Positions 29,775 to 40,928 are shown, counted from the stretch's first letter. The stretch is 64,000 bases of DNA from Spirochaetia bacterium (GCA_965198005.1 CBDAOI010000003.1:672001-736000), one strand, 5' to 3'. Notes: a model not told the origin generated them from the sequence alone. A program made the numbers and translations.

Positions 29775-30733
29775 GCAACATCGCTGATCCCGTCGGCGCC
29801 GAGGAGCGACGCCGGCGCGGCCCTCTTGCGGACTTCTTTTACCGCCTGGTCAGGGAGAAGCCGTTGGGCCTGCTCGGCGCGGTGATCATTGTGCTGTTCG
29901 TGCTGGTGAGCATCTTCGCCGACGTGGTGGCGCCCGACCCCGACCTGCGCCAGGACGTGACCCGGAGCCTGCAGGGCTCCTCCGCCCAGCATCTGCTGGG
30001 AACCGATCATATCGGGCGCGACTTCCTGAGCCGCAACATCTACGGCGGTCGCCTGTCGCTGTTGGTCGGCTTCGCGGCGACCACGGTGGCGGTGGTGGTG
30101 GCCACCGCCGTCGGCGGGCTGTCGGGGTTCGTCGGTGGCCGACTGGACATGGTGACGCAGAGATTCGTCGATGCCTGGATGGCCTTTCCGGGACTTCTCC
30201 TGCTCATGACCATCATGTCGATCCTGGGTACCGGTGCACCGCAGATCATCATCGTGCTGGGCCTGACCTACGGCGTCGGCAGCTCGCGCGTGGTCCGGGG
30301 CGCGGTGATCGGAGTGAAGGAGAACGCCTACTTTCAGGCCGCGCAGGCCGTTGGCAGCCCGCCCTGGCGCACGGTGCTGCGCCACGTGCTGCCGAACGTG
30401 CTGGCGCCCATCATCGTCATCTTCAGCATCACCATCGGCGCGGTCATCATCACCGAGGCTTCGCTGAGCTTTCTCGGCTTTGGGTTGCCGCTGAGTGTGC
30501 CCAGCTGGGGCGGCCTGCTCAGCCGCGAGGGGCGCAAGTACATGCGGGTGGCGCCGTGGCTGGCCATGTGGCCCGGCATCTTCCTGACCATCGTGGTGTA
30601 CAGCTTCAACATGTTCGGCGACGCGGTGCGCGACCTGCTCGACCCGCGCCTGCGCGGCGGCGTGGGCCGCATGGGTGCCCACGGCGGCAAGGCGCTGCGG
30701 CGTGCGGTGCAGACGCGCTCGTCGCGCAACTGA
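29771..30733 (+). CDS. OppC permease (cassette 3)
   Basis: Family motifs; GTGA overlap with oppB. Confidence 0.95.
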   Translation: MSNIADPVGAEERRRRGPLADFFYRLVREKPLGLLGAVIIVLFVLVSIFADVVAPDPDLRQDVTRSLQGSSAQHLLGTDHIGRDFLSRNIYGGRLSLLVGFAATTVAVVVATAVGGLSGFVGGRLDMVTQRFVDAWMAFPGLLLLMTIMSILGTGAPQIIIVLGLTYGVGSSRVVRGAVIGVKENAYFQAAQAVGSPPWRTVLRHVLPNVLAPIIVIFSITIGAVIITEASLSFLGFGLPLSVPSWGGLLSREGRKYMRVAPWLAMWPGIFLTIVVYSFNMFGDAVRDLLDPRLRGGVGRMGAHGGKALRRAVQTRSSRN

Positions 30734-30747
30734 CCGAAGCTGGAACC

Positions 30748-30890
30748 GAGGCTGCGAAATGCCCTCTCGATCAGTGACAGGCGTTTGTAGGCGCCGACCA
30801 CCTCGTCACTAGCGAACTGCTCTTCAGAGACGTTGGTACGGATGATGTAGAACCCGTCGAGCGCCGCCTCCTGTGAGAGTTTTTTAACCA
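30748..30890 (-). pseudogene. IS1634-family transposase fragment
   Basis: EAALDGFYIIRTNV...VGAYKRLSLIERAFRSL. Confidence 0.75.
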
Positions 30891-30897
30891 TATCTGG

Positions 30898-31977
30898 TCA
30901 GAATCGGATTACCCCACGGGCAACCTTGCCGTTGAGCATGTCTTCAAACGCCTCATTCACCGCTTCCAACGGATAGGTCCGGGTGATAAGTTCATCCAGC
31001 TTGAGTTTCCCGGCTCGATAGAGCGAGAGGAGGCGAGGTACGTCATAGCGCATCCGCGTCGTGCCGAGGGCGCTGCCCATGATGATCCGTTCACCCCCCA
31101 TGAGTAGGCGAGGCTCCAGACAAATCGGTTCGGACTGCGGTAAACCAATCAAGATCGCTTTGCCCCGCGGTCGGATGGCCCGTATCGCCTGTTCATACGT
31201 CACATTTGTGCCAATCGCTTCAATCGCATAATCGGCGCCAAGACCCTCGGTCAAGTTGTGGATTTCGGGTATCGGGTCACCGTTGGTGGCGTTGATGGTA
31301 TGGGTGGCCCCAAACTGGCGGGCCAGTTCGAGCTTCGCCTCCACCAAATCAACCGCGATGATCTGGGCCGCCCCGGACAGAGCGGCCCCTTGAATCGCAT
31401 TCAACCCGATGCCACCGGCCCCAAAAACCACGACGCTGCTCCCTAGCTTCACCTCCGCTGTGTTGGCCACGCTACCCACGCCGGTGATGACGCTACAACC
31501 ACATAGGGCTGCCTTTTCGAGCGGGAAATCCTGGTCAATTGGGACCGCGGCTTCTTGGGGGACCACCGTATATTCGGCAAAGGAAGCGACGGTGAATTGG
31601 TAGATGCCCTTTCCATTTTTGCTATAGCGCGGGGGGCGCTCTTTCATCTGGGCTGCCTTGCGGCAAAGGCTGGCATAGCCACGCACACAGTAGATACAGT
31701 GACCACAGGCAGGCGAGATCGAAAGCACCACCGGATCACCTGGTTTGACCAGGCTGACACCCGACCCGACCGCCTCGACAACCCCGGCTCCTTCATCGCC
31801 CAACACGACGGGAAGCGGCCACTTCTCCTTACCCGTAATGACGGCATAGCAGCTATGGCAGACACCCGTCGCGGCGATCTTGACCAGGACTTCGCCCGCT
31901 TTGGGACCGTCCACATCAACCTCTTCAACCACAATTGGCTGGTTCTCTTCGTACAAGACAGCGGCTTTCACTTTCAT
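30898..31977 (-). CDS. Zn-dependent alcohol dehydrogenase (MDR family)
   Basis: GVCHS, CGHCIYC...C structural Zn site, GAGGIG, LDELITRTYPL. Confidence 0.9.
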   Translation of the reverse strand: MKVKAAVLYEENQPIVVEEVDVDGPKAGEVLVKIAATGVCHSCYAVITGKEKWPLPVVLGDEGAGVVEAVGSGVSLVKPGDPVVLSISPACGHCIYCVRGYASLCRKAAQMKERPPRYSKNGKGIYQFTVASFAEYTVVPQEAAVPIDQDFPLEKAALCGCSVITGVGSVANTAEVKLGSSVVVFGAGGIGLNAIQGAALSGAAQIIAVDLVEAKLELARQFGATHTINATNGDPIPEIHNLTEGLGADYAIEAIGTNVTYEQAIRAIRPRGKAILIGLPQSEPICLEPRLLMGGERIIMGSALGTTRMRYDVPRLLSLYRAGKLKLDELITRTYPLEAVNEAFEDMLNGKVARGVIRF

Positions 31978-32182
31978 AGATAATTCCTTTCTATACTCAG
32001 GTTTAAATGAAAACAGAACTTTTTTTTAAAAAAAAACCCCATGTCATGCCCGCAAGTAGTATGGGGTGGCCCCGGTTCGTTGGACAGCCCGGGGGGTAAG
32101 TTAAGGTGTATTCCGTTGGTTGTCAACCTACCCCTCCCTCTCAAGAACAGGTGGCGGTAACAGGGGGTGGGGGTCTGGGGGA

Positions 32183-33055
32183 GTGCAGCGAGGCTAGCTG
32201 TTGAACTTGCGGGTGAAGGTCCCGCCGGCGCAAATCCCAGTGTGGCGCCGTAGTTATATCCGGCAGCCGACAGGGGCGACTCTGACGGCTGAAAGCCCGG
32301 AAGTAAACGTACTTAGGGAAGGGCGCGAGCCCGACCGACCAACCTAGGAGGCTAACAACCAGAAGGGCCGTAGCGAGAGCGAACGGACGAATCGCCGAAA
32401 TCCCCCCCAGCGGGAAGTTGGTTGCTGGATATTGGAGTGCCAAGGGTTTCCTCCCCTTACCCGATGGCCAGTGCTGCTGCGGAAGATACTGGGAAGTGCA
32501 CGCAGCAGGCTCCCGGCGGAAGTTGAAGGCGGCAATTCTGGATAGTTCAACAGTGAAAGCCCGGAAGGTGTGCTGCTCAGGCAGGATGATCCTTGAATGC
32601 CAAGGACCGGACCTATAACCGTCGGATGGCGGGAAGTGGAACGGAGAGTAGCAGACTGGCGGATGAGGCCGGCAAGCGAAGATGGCCGCGACAACATAAC
32701 GCGGCTGGAGCGAGGGCCTCAGGGCTCAGGAGGAGCCGGTGGAAATGCACCGCCCGGACACTGAGCCGGGGAACGGTGGATACAGCCGTTGGCTCGAAGC
32801 GATGGTCAAACCGGGGACAGCGCCCACGTAGCAAGGGATCAGGCTGAGCGTGGTTGCTATCGTACCGGGAAGGGCAGTCGTGAGCTTAAGGGCACCTGAG
32901 CTTTGAGCCGTACCGTGGGAAAACCCGACGTACGGCATCTCAGGGGGGGCGCTGGAAACGTGACCTATGGTGGAATTGTGAACCCATCTCGCTACCGAAA
33001 GGGCGGGACTGGAAACCCTCCACCTACGGGTGCGCGCGCCAGCGCTCTACCCGAC
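32183..33055 (+). ncRNA. ORF-less group II intron, copy 1
   Basis: 5' GTGCAG; domain V gagccgtac...gtacggcatctc with AGC triad; long domain VI ending ctctacccgac; tccccc (32401) complementary to 5' exon ggggga. Confidence 0.8.
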
Positions 33056-33163
33056 GGGGGGCTTGATCCTGTGGACATTGTGGATAACTCCCCGCACCTG
33101 GATCGCACACCCGCTCGCCCTCTGACCTCGGAACCCGCAATTGCCACCTGCTCCCCATGTCCG

Positions 33164-33841
33164 TTACGCCACCTCCCGTCCGGGCGCCGCGACGCCGCGG
33201 TAGGCCTCGGACGGCGTCCGGCCACCGAGTGCCGAGTGCGGTCGTACCTCGTTGTAGAACTCGATCCACTCGTCGATCACCCGCTGCGCCACGAAGCCGT
33301 CCGCCAACTCGTGCAGGTAGACCGCTTCGTACTTCAGGGACCGCCACAGCCGCTCGATGAACACATTGTCCAGGCAACGACCGCGACCGTCCATCGAACA
33401 GCGTATCCCCGCCGCCACCAGCAGCTCCGTGAACGCGATGCTGGTGAACTGGCTCCCCTGATCGGTGTTGAAGATCTCCGGGTTGCCGTACATCTCCAGC
33501 GCTTCCTCCAGTGCCTCGACGCAGAACCGGGTGTCCAACGTGTTGGACAGCCGCCACGCCAGCACCCGCCGGCTGGCCCAGTCCATGATCGCCACCAAGT
33601 ACAGGAACCCGCCCTGCACCGGGATGTAGGTGATATCCGCGCACCACACCTGATTCGCGCGCTCGATCGTCAGCCCCCGCAGCAGATAGGGATACACCCG
33701 ATGCTCCGGGTTCGCGACGCTGAGCCGCGGCTTGCGGTAGATCGCCTCCAAGCCCAGCAGCCGCATCAGCCGCCGCACCCGGTGCCGACCGACGGTCACC
33801 CCCTCACGCGCCAGATGGCGTACCATCTGCCGAGTGCGCAT
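33164..33841 (-). pseudogene. IS3-family transposase OrfB, 5'-truncated
   Basis: NQVWCADITYIP, IFNTDQGSQFTS, NVFIERLWRSLKYE, RPHSAL. Confidence 0.9.
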
Positions 33842-33885
33842 TCCGGTGAACCTTTCCAGTGAATCCGGTGGAACGTTACCACCGC
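33835..33885 (+). mobile_element. IS21-like terminal repeat interrupting the IS3 gene
   Basis: TGcgcattccggtgaac...gaatccggtggaac tandem sub-repeats; istB fragments nearby. Confidence 0.5.
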
Positions 33886-33924
33886 CGACGCGTGAGGCGT
33901 CATCTCGATGCTGGTTAGAAGTGG

Positions 33925-35043
33925 TAAGTTTGGTCCTCCCCCGGAGGGTAGGTCAAGGTGTATTCGGGTGATTGTCAGAGCACTGCTCCCTCTTAAAAAC
34001 AGGTGGCGGTAAAAGGGGGTGGGGGTCCGGGGGAGTGCAGCGAGGCTAGCTGTTGAACTTGCGGGTGAAGGTCCCGCCGGCGCAAATCCCAGTGTGGCGC
34101 CGTAGTTATATCCGGCAGCCGACAGGGGCGACTCTGACGGCTGAAAGCCCGGAAGTAAACGTACTTAGGGAAGGGCGCGAGCCCGACCGACCAACCTAGG
34201 AGGCTAACAACCAGAAGGGCCGTAGCGAGAGCGAACGGACGAATCGCCGAAATCCCCCCCAGCGGGAAGTTGGTTGCTGGATATTGGAGTGCCAAGGGTT
34301 TCCTCCCCTTACCCGATGGCCAGTGCTGCTGCGGAAGATACTGGGAAGTGCGCGCAGCAGGCTCCCGGCGGAAGTTGAAGGCGGCAATTCTGGATAGTTC
34401 AACAGTGAAAGCCCGGAAGGTGTGCTGCTCAGGCAGGATGATCCTTGAATGCCAAGGACCGGACCTATAACCGTCGGATGGCGGGAAGTGGAACGGAGAG
34501 CAGCAGACTGGCGGATGAGGCCACCAAGCGACGATGGCCGCGACAACATAACGCGGCTGGAGCGAGGGCCTCAGGGCTCAGGAGGAGCCAGTGGAAATGC
34601 ACCGCCCGGACACTGAGCCGGGGAACGGTGGATACAGCCGTTGGCTCGAAGCGATGGTCAAACCGGGGACAGCGCCCACGTAGCCAAGGATCAGGCTGAG
34701 CGTGGTTGCTATCGTACCGGGAAGGGCCGCCGTGAGCTTGCGGGCACCTGAGCTTCGAGCCGTACTGTGGGAAAACCCGACGTACGGAATCTCAGGGGGG
34801 GCGCTGGAAACGTGGCCTACGGGCGCGCGCGCCAGCGCTCTACCCGACGGGGGCGCTTGATCCTGTGGACATTGTGGATAACTTCCCTCACCGGATTGTG
34901 CTCCCGCTTGTGCTCTGCCCTCGGAACCCGCAATTGCGACGTGCTCCCCATGCCCGCTACGCCATCTGCGGTCCGGTCGCCGCGACCCCGCCGCAGGCCG
35001 GCGCCGGCGTCCGACCATCCAGTGCCGAGTGCGGTCGTACCTC
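33925..35043 (-). mobile_element. Second, diverged IS3 3' remnant with the same intron
   Basis: Flanks homologous to copy 1 (aggtggcggtaa...; tcctgtggacattgtggataac; EVRPHSAL stub at ~35020-35043). Confidence 0.7.
34035..34848 (+). ncRNA. ORF-less group II intron, copy 2 (shorter domain VI)
   Basis: Near-identical to 32183-33055; ~59 nt missing in the DVI loop. Confidence 0.8.
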
Positions 35044-35323
35044 TGGACTGGAAGGAGAAGTCGAACTCCTCGACGGTGTTCAGGAACGGGAAGCGAGCCT
35101 GTCTGACCGAGCGCTGGATGCGGGTCTGTTGGCGATGGGAGATCTCCTCGATGATCCGCACGCCGAGGAACGCCCGGCACGACCAGCCATGAATCTCCGC
35201 GCGATCGAGCAACTGCCGCCAGCGGCGGCGGGTGTTGGCCACCGGGTTGAGCCGGCGCAGCAACGGATCGAACTCCACGGTGGCCGGATCGTAGGGCAGC
35301 GAGTGCGAGGTGGCGGTGCTCAT
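35044..35323 (-). pseudogene. istB: IS21 helper ATPase IstB, N-terminal fragment
   Basis: RIQRSVRQARFPFLNTVEEFDFSFQ. Confidence 0.75.
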
Positions 35324-35574
35324 CGCCAAGGCAGCTCCTGAGAAACTACCTGTTTCTGCCATGCCTGCACCGGCCCCGGGCCGGTGGGTAGCTCCTGAGA
35401 TGGTGCGGATGCGCGCTCGACAGGCCCCGTGAGCGCCCGCTGCACGCGAATCAGGTAGGTCACGGAGAAAAAATCGTCCATAGCGGCCCTGTGCGGCGTT
35501 TTCTGAGGGGAGGTGGTGTTGCAACACCCCCTGGAAATGCCGGGACAACCGCCGATTCAGGAGAGGCCAGACTC

Positions 35575-35823
35575 TCATCGCACCTCCTCGGCAGCCTGCG
35601 GCTTGTGCAGCGACTCCCCCTGGAGATCGATCCTGACCGAGTGGTGGATCAGGCGATCGCAGATAGCATCGGCGATGGTAGCATCGCCGATGACCTGGAA
35701 CCAGCTAGCCACGGGCAGTTGGGAAGCGAAGACGGTGGAATGGCGCCCGACCCGATCTTCCAAGACCTCCAGCAGGGTGAGCCGGGCCGGGCCATCAAGG
35801 TGCTGGAGACCAAAATCATCGAG
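35575..35823 (-). pseudogene. istB: IS21 helper ATPase IstB, C-terminal fragment
   Basis: LDDFGL...LLEVLEDR...SQLPVASW...ADAICDRLIH. Confidence 0.85.
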
Positions 35824-35995
35824 TAATGTGCAGCTGCACATTACTCGATTAATGTTGAGCACCTATTAATGTGGAGTTGAGCCCGTAGGTCCTTGCTAAC
35901 GCGAGATTTAGTGGGTACCAACTCAACATAAATCGGTCGAGTAAGCTGGCGATCGGCGCCACTGCTGGCGCCTACCAACCAATCCGGAGGTCGCG

Positions 35996-37225
35996 ATGCT
36001 TATCGATCTATTTCCGCGGGCACATGCCCGCTTTGCCGCTCTGCCACTACTCGGTCCCCAGCTTGATAGATTTGTCCGCTGGCTTGACGCACTGGGGTTT
36101 GCGAGGATTCCGATTCGCCAGCGCATTCGCAAGACGCCCCGTCTCGACAACCTGCTGCACTGCGGTGGCATCCGCGAGTTGAGCAAGCTCTCCAGGGCGA
36201 AGCTGCTGACTTTCGCGCCACGCCGTTGCTATGACGACGTCTACCTATCCGCTCTCGTTCGTTCCCTGACGGCCTATCTGGAGGAGCGAGGGACGCTCGC
36301 TGCCCCCAGTGCCACGCCCAGCGAACGCTTGGTCGGTGCCTATCGAGACTACCTCGACCATGTGAGGGGACTGACCGCATTGACGGTGCAGCAGCACGCC
36401 ACCAGTGCGTCGGAATTCCTTGGCTTCTTGCACTTCGACGACGATCCGACGGTGCTGCCGAAGCTCACCGCATCACAGCTTGAGCGATTCGTGAAATCGG
36501 TCGCGGCACGGCTGAGTCGAGCCACTCTCCAGCACAAGGCGGCACATCTGAGGTCGTTCTTGCGATTCCTGGCGGGCCGAGGCGAGGCCGCTCCCGGTCT
36601 GGACGCCGCAATTGAGCAGCCACGGGTGTACCGCGGCGAGCGGTTGCCACGGGCACTGCCTTGGGAAAGCGTGCAGACGTTGCTTGCCTCCGTCGACCGG
36701 ACAACGGCAATGGGACGCCGCGACTACGCCATACTCCTGCTGATCGCCACCTACGGCCTGCGCGCCAGTGAAGTGGCCGCTCTGCGCCTGGACCACATCG
36801 CTTGGCGAGCCGGACGGTTTCAGGTTCCGCGTCCGAAAATCCGGACGCCGATCGCCCTGCCGCTAACGCTGGAGGTTGGCGCGGCCCTGCTGGACTACCT
36901 GCGACATGCCCGCCCTGCATCTGCGCATCGTGAAGTGTTCCTGCGCGTCCGCAAGCCTGGAGGGCCGTTGGTAGCCGCCAGCGTCGGTGATGCGTTCCGC
37001 GTTTGGGGCAGCCGTAGCGCACTGAACATTCGATCCGGGGGAGCGCACTGTCTGCGCCACTCTCTGGCCCTGCATCTGCTGCGCCAGGGAACCTCTCTCA
37101 AGGCCATCGGTGATCTGCTCGGCCATCACAGTATGGAGAGCACCTGCGTATACCTACGGCTGCACGTGGACGATCTTCGAGCCGCCGCGCTCGACCTGCC
37201 GGCACAGACGGAGGCCCAACGATGA
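35996..37225 (+). CDS. RIT tyrosine recombinase A
   Basis: RDYAILLLIATYGLRASEV, HCLRHS, LLGH...TCVY. Confidence 0.9.
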   Translation: MLIDLFPRAHARFAALPLLGPQLDRFVRWLDALGFARIPIRQRIRKTPRLDNLLHCGGIRELSKLSRAKLLTFAPRRCYDDVYLSALVRSLTAYLEERGTLAAPSATPSERLVGAYRDYLDHVRGLTALTVQQHATSASEFLGFLHFDDDPTVLPKLTASQLERFVKSVAARLSRATLQHKAAHLRSFLRFLAGRGEAAPGLDAAIEQPRVYRGERLPRALPWESVQTLLASVDRTTAMGRRDYAILLLIATYGLRASEVAALRLDHIAWRAGRFQVPRPKIRTPIALPLTLEVGAALLDYLRHARPASAHREVFLRVRKPGGPLVAASVGDAFRVWGSRSALNIRSGGAHCLRHSLALHLLRQGTSLKAIGDLLGHHSMESTCVYLRLHVDDLRAAALDLPAQTEAQR

Positions 37226-38208
37226 ACGCGTGCTCCACGTTCCACTCAGCTCTCGGCCCGTCTATCGCCGCCTATCTCCAACTCAAACAGGCTCTCGGTC
37301 GTGAATACCGGAACGAGACTGTCGTCCTGGCTGACCTCGACCGCTTTCTGGTCGCGCAACGTGCGCCCACGCTGACCGCCCCCAGCTTCGCCGCCTGGAC
37401 GCTTACCCTGACCCACCTCACGCCGACGGTGCGGCGAGCGCGCATGCGCATCGTGCGCAATCTGTGTCTCTACCTGCAACGGACCGATCGACACTGCTTC
37501 GTGCCCGAAGTGAGCGGGTTTCCGGCACCGAGCGCGCCGCGCCGGCCATTCATCTTCTCCAAAGAGCAAATCGCTGCGCTCATGCGTGCGACCGCGAAGC
37601 TCCCCACCACCGTTGTTTCCCCGCTCTGCGCCGAGGTCTACCGGGTGGCGATCGTGCTGCTGTATACGGCCGGTCTGCGCCGCGGCGAACTCATCCGGCT
37701 GATGATCAGCGACTACAGCCCAACACAGCGGACCCTCCTGGTGCACGCATCGAAGTTCCACAAGTCCCGCGTCGTCGCACTCTCCCAGGATGCCACGCGG
37801 GAAGTAGATCTCTATCTTGCCGCACGGCGCCAACTGCCGCTTGCGGTCGACGGACCCCTGCTGGTCAATAGCCTCGGCCAACAGCAGGCCTATACCGGAG
37901 CGGGCCTTGCCCAAGGACTCCGTCGTCTGTTTCGTGCCGCCGAGGTCCGCACCGCGGCGGGAGAGCTGCCTCGGGTCCACGATCTGCGCCATACCCATGC
38001 CGTCCACGTCCTGCTGCGCTGGTACCACGCCGGGATCGATGTGCAATCCCAACTACCGACGCTGGCAACCGCCATGGGACACGTCTCGGTGGTCTCTACC
38101 GCCTACTACCTGAGCTGGCTCGAACCCGTCGCCGAAGCGGCCAACGAACGCTTCTTGCGCCATGTACAGTCCATCTTCGGTCCGGCCGGGGGAGCTGACC
38201 ATGAGTAA
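37222..38208 (+). CDS. RIT tyrosine recombinase B
   Basis: AGLRRGE, SKFHKSR, RVHDLRHT, MGH...TAYY; ATGA overlap. Confidence 0.9.
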   Translation: MNACSTFHSALGPSIAAYLQLKQALGREYRNETVVLADLDRFLVAQRAPTLTAPSFAAWTLTLTHLTPTVRRARMRIVRNLCLYLQRTDRHCFVPEVSGFPAPSAPRRPFIFSKEQIAALMRATAKLPTTVVSPLCAEVYRVAIVLLYTAGLRRGELIRLMISDYSPTQRTLLVHASKFHKSRVVALSQDATREVDLYLAARRQLPLAVDGPLLVNSLGQQQAYTGAGLAQGLRRLFRAAEVRTAAGELPRVHDLRHTHAVHVLLRWYHAGIDVQSQLPTLATAMGHVSVVSTAYYLSWLEPVAEAANERFLRHVQSIFGPAGGADHE

Positions 38209-39058
38209 TATCCGTCCCAATGCGCTCGGTCGAGCCCTCCGTGGCTTCTTCACTGATGATCTACCCCAGGTCCGTGGCGTCAGCCGCCATACCCTGCTCA
38301 GCTACCGCGATGCGATCACGTTGCTGTTGCGATTCCTGGCGGCACGTCATCAGCGGCCGGTGGCGGCACTCGATTTTCCCCACCTCGCGCCCGCGCATCT
38401 GCTGCCGTTCCTCGCGCACCTCGAGACCGAGCGGGGCAACAGTATCGCAACCCGCAACGTACGACTGGCGGCGGTGCATGCCTTCGTCCGCTACGCAGCG
38501 CAGCACCACCCCGAGCACCTCGAGCTGTGTCAGCAGATCCTTGCGGTACCGTTCAAGCGCGCGCCGCAGAACGTCGTGGAGTATCTCGAAGCGGACGAAT
38601 TGCAAGCCCTGCTGGAGGCCCCGGACTGCACTACCCGGGACGGCCGGCGAGACCGCACCCTGCTACTTACCATGTTCAACACCGGCGCACGAGTGCAGGA
38701 GATCCTCGACCTGCGTCCCTGCGACCTGCAGCTCGAACGGCCTCCCCAAGTCCGCCTCCGCGGGAAGGGGCGCAAGGAGCGTATCTGCCCCTTGTGGCCG
38801 CAGACGGTGCAGGCACTGGACGCCCTGCTGCAAGAGCAAGGCGACCAGCCCGCCGCCACGGCACGCATGTTCCGCAACCGTCGTGGGCAACCGTTGACCC
38901 GTTTCGGCGTGGGCTACCTGCTGCAAAAACATGCGCGCACGGCATCCGCATCGGCGAAGACCCTCCGCAGCAAACGGGTTCACCCACACCTGCTGCGGCA
39001 CACCACCGCCACCCACCTGCTCCAAGCTGGCGTCGATCTGGTCACCATCAGCCATTGA
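38201..39058 (+). pseudogene. RIT tyrosine recombinase C, 3'-truncated before LGH/catalytic Tyr
   Basis: TGARVQE, GKGRKER, HPHLLRHT, ends DLVTISH. Confidence 0.85.
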
Positions 39059-39184
39059 GCGCTACCCGGACAGCGGCTGCGGCGGCGAGTTCATCCGCAC
39101 CAGCACCTGGTCCCACGACGGGAACAGGAATAGCCGGAACGTGGCGCGGACCGCGCCCCAGAACTCCCGGCGCGGGGTTGCCGT

Positions 39185-40048
39185 TCAGCGGCACCCCGGT
39201 AACCCACGTCGATGGTGGAGCGGTGGTCCAGCAGCCGACCGCGGCGCAGCCCGTCGATATCCTGGTACAGGCTTGGTGTGATCCTCCGGCTTGGCCACCA
39301 GCAGAAACGAGAAGCGGGCGGCGCGCACCTGTTCGATGAACGGTTGCTTGGAGTACGGACTATCGGCGACGATCACCGCAGCCAGCCGGGGATGGTCGTT
39401 ACGGATGCGCTGCACGGCACGGTAGCCGGCTTTTGGTTCACAGTCCTGCTTGCGGCGTTTGGCGCTCTTGGCGCCAGAGTCATCGGCGTTGTGAATGAAC
39501 ACGGGAGCCAACGGCAGCACCTGCCGCTTGTCGGGGTGGACGATGGCGGTCTGCAGGATGTCGTGGTGGTAGCGTACGGTGCCGTTGTTGGTGGCGGTCA
39601 GACAGCACTCACAGTTCACCTGGTACGAGCTGAAGTACTGGGAGCCGTCCATGGTGATGAGGTAGCGACCGTCGAGGAACTGGTAGTGCTGCAGCCATTT
39701 GGTGTACTGCATGCGCCCTATCCAGTCGCCGAAGCAGCCGAGCAGCGGTTCATAGTCATGGCTGTCGAGCAGATCGCGGAACTGGGAGTCGGCAGGGATC
39801 CGAGCGACGCCAAACGTAGCGTTGAGGTTGTTGGTGCGGAGTTGGTCCTGGAAGCGGCGTTGGAACTCCAGCACGGAAGGGTCTTGGAGGTAGAACAAGG
39901 CGAAACCACACACGTAGCAATCCTGCAGGGAGTACCGGACCTTGCTGGCTTGGCGGGTATCGACGACCTTGGCGGCGTGCAGGTTCAAGGAGACCAGGAG
40001 CGCACGAAAACGAAGTAATAATGGACCTCTGCGGCGACCTCTTGCCAT
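39185..40048 (-). pseudogene. ISNCY-type DDE transposase, 3'-truncated; probable left end near 40207
   Basis: YLITMDGSQYFSS, CECC, VHPD, KQDCE, VADSPYS; cagcaattctcggtgaa upstream. Confidence 0.75.
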
Positions 40049-40252
40049 AGGAGACAGCATGACAACCCTGGGATCGAGTGTCCAGCCGGTAGGCAACTTA
40101 TTACATACTCATGACCTATACGACCACTTACGTGCCGTCCCGTGCCGTCCCGCCCGCCATTGCCCCCTACGCCGACCCTCTCAATTTTTGTTCACCGAGA
40201 ATTGCTGTTCGGTGGCTTCGGTGGTAGCGACGCGGGGACGAGTGGTCACGGA

Positions 40253-40850
40253 TCACCGTGCCCATGAGAACGCAGTCTGCCACCCACGCGGCATGCGCTC
40301 AAGCGCTGATCCACTCTCGTCACTCTCGATGAGCGACTGTGCGAAGCGGGCGATCGCCCGGTCGATATCGCCCGGGTCTTCGATCGGCTCCCCGCGGGCG
40401 GCTCGGAGGTAGAGATTCAGCGGGTACTCGCAGCAGGAGGCCACGTAATCGATGAATTGCGCCGGGTCTTCGGTCCGGTCGACTCGTTCCAGCTCCTCCA
40501 GGTAGCGGTCCCGCGCTTCGCGTTGGACGATGGCCACGGTGTAGCCGTGCCTGAGCAGGATCAGGTTCATCAGCAGTCGGGCCATGCGGCCGTTGCCGTC
40601 GTCGAACGGGTGGATGCGGACCAGGCGGTAGTGGAAGATCGCGGCGATGATCACCGGATGCTCGCCGTTCGCTTCCTGCGCGCGGCACCAGTCGATCAGG
40701 TCGCCCATCTCCTGCTTCACCTGCTCCGGGGGCGTAAAGTAGTAGGTCTCGCCGGTCGAGGTAACCACGTTGTTCGGAGTGGTCTTGTACTGGCCGATGG
40801 TGATGCGGCGGCTCGTGCGCTCACCGTCCGGGGTAGTCGCCGCAATCGAC
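40253..40850 (-). pseudogene. Fic-domain protein fragment
   Basis: IHPFDDGNGRMAR. Confidence 0.85.
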
Positions 40851-40928
40851 GTGCCCGTGTACGTGCAGTATGCACGCTGGATCGGGACCATCTGCGGGAT
40901 CTGTATCGTGACCTGAAGTGGAATCCGA

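Larger units (their letters stand above)
32062..33841 (-). mobile_element. IS3-family element (right part) carrying a group II intron in its 3' UTR
   Basis: OrfB 33164-33841; IS3-like right end ...acaccttaa...ctgtccaacgaaccggggccacccca. Confidence 0.75.
35824..39058 (+). mobile_element. RIT element (recombinase in trio), right end missing
   Basis: Three overlapping tyrosine recombinases; left end with taatgt repeats and gagttg...caactc IR. Confidence 0.85.

Noticed and set aside
32344-32847. Small ORFs within the duplicated 32-34.8 kb segments
   Set aside because: They lie inside group II intron RNA and have no RT similarity
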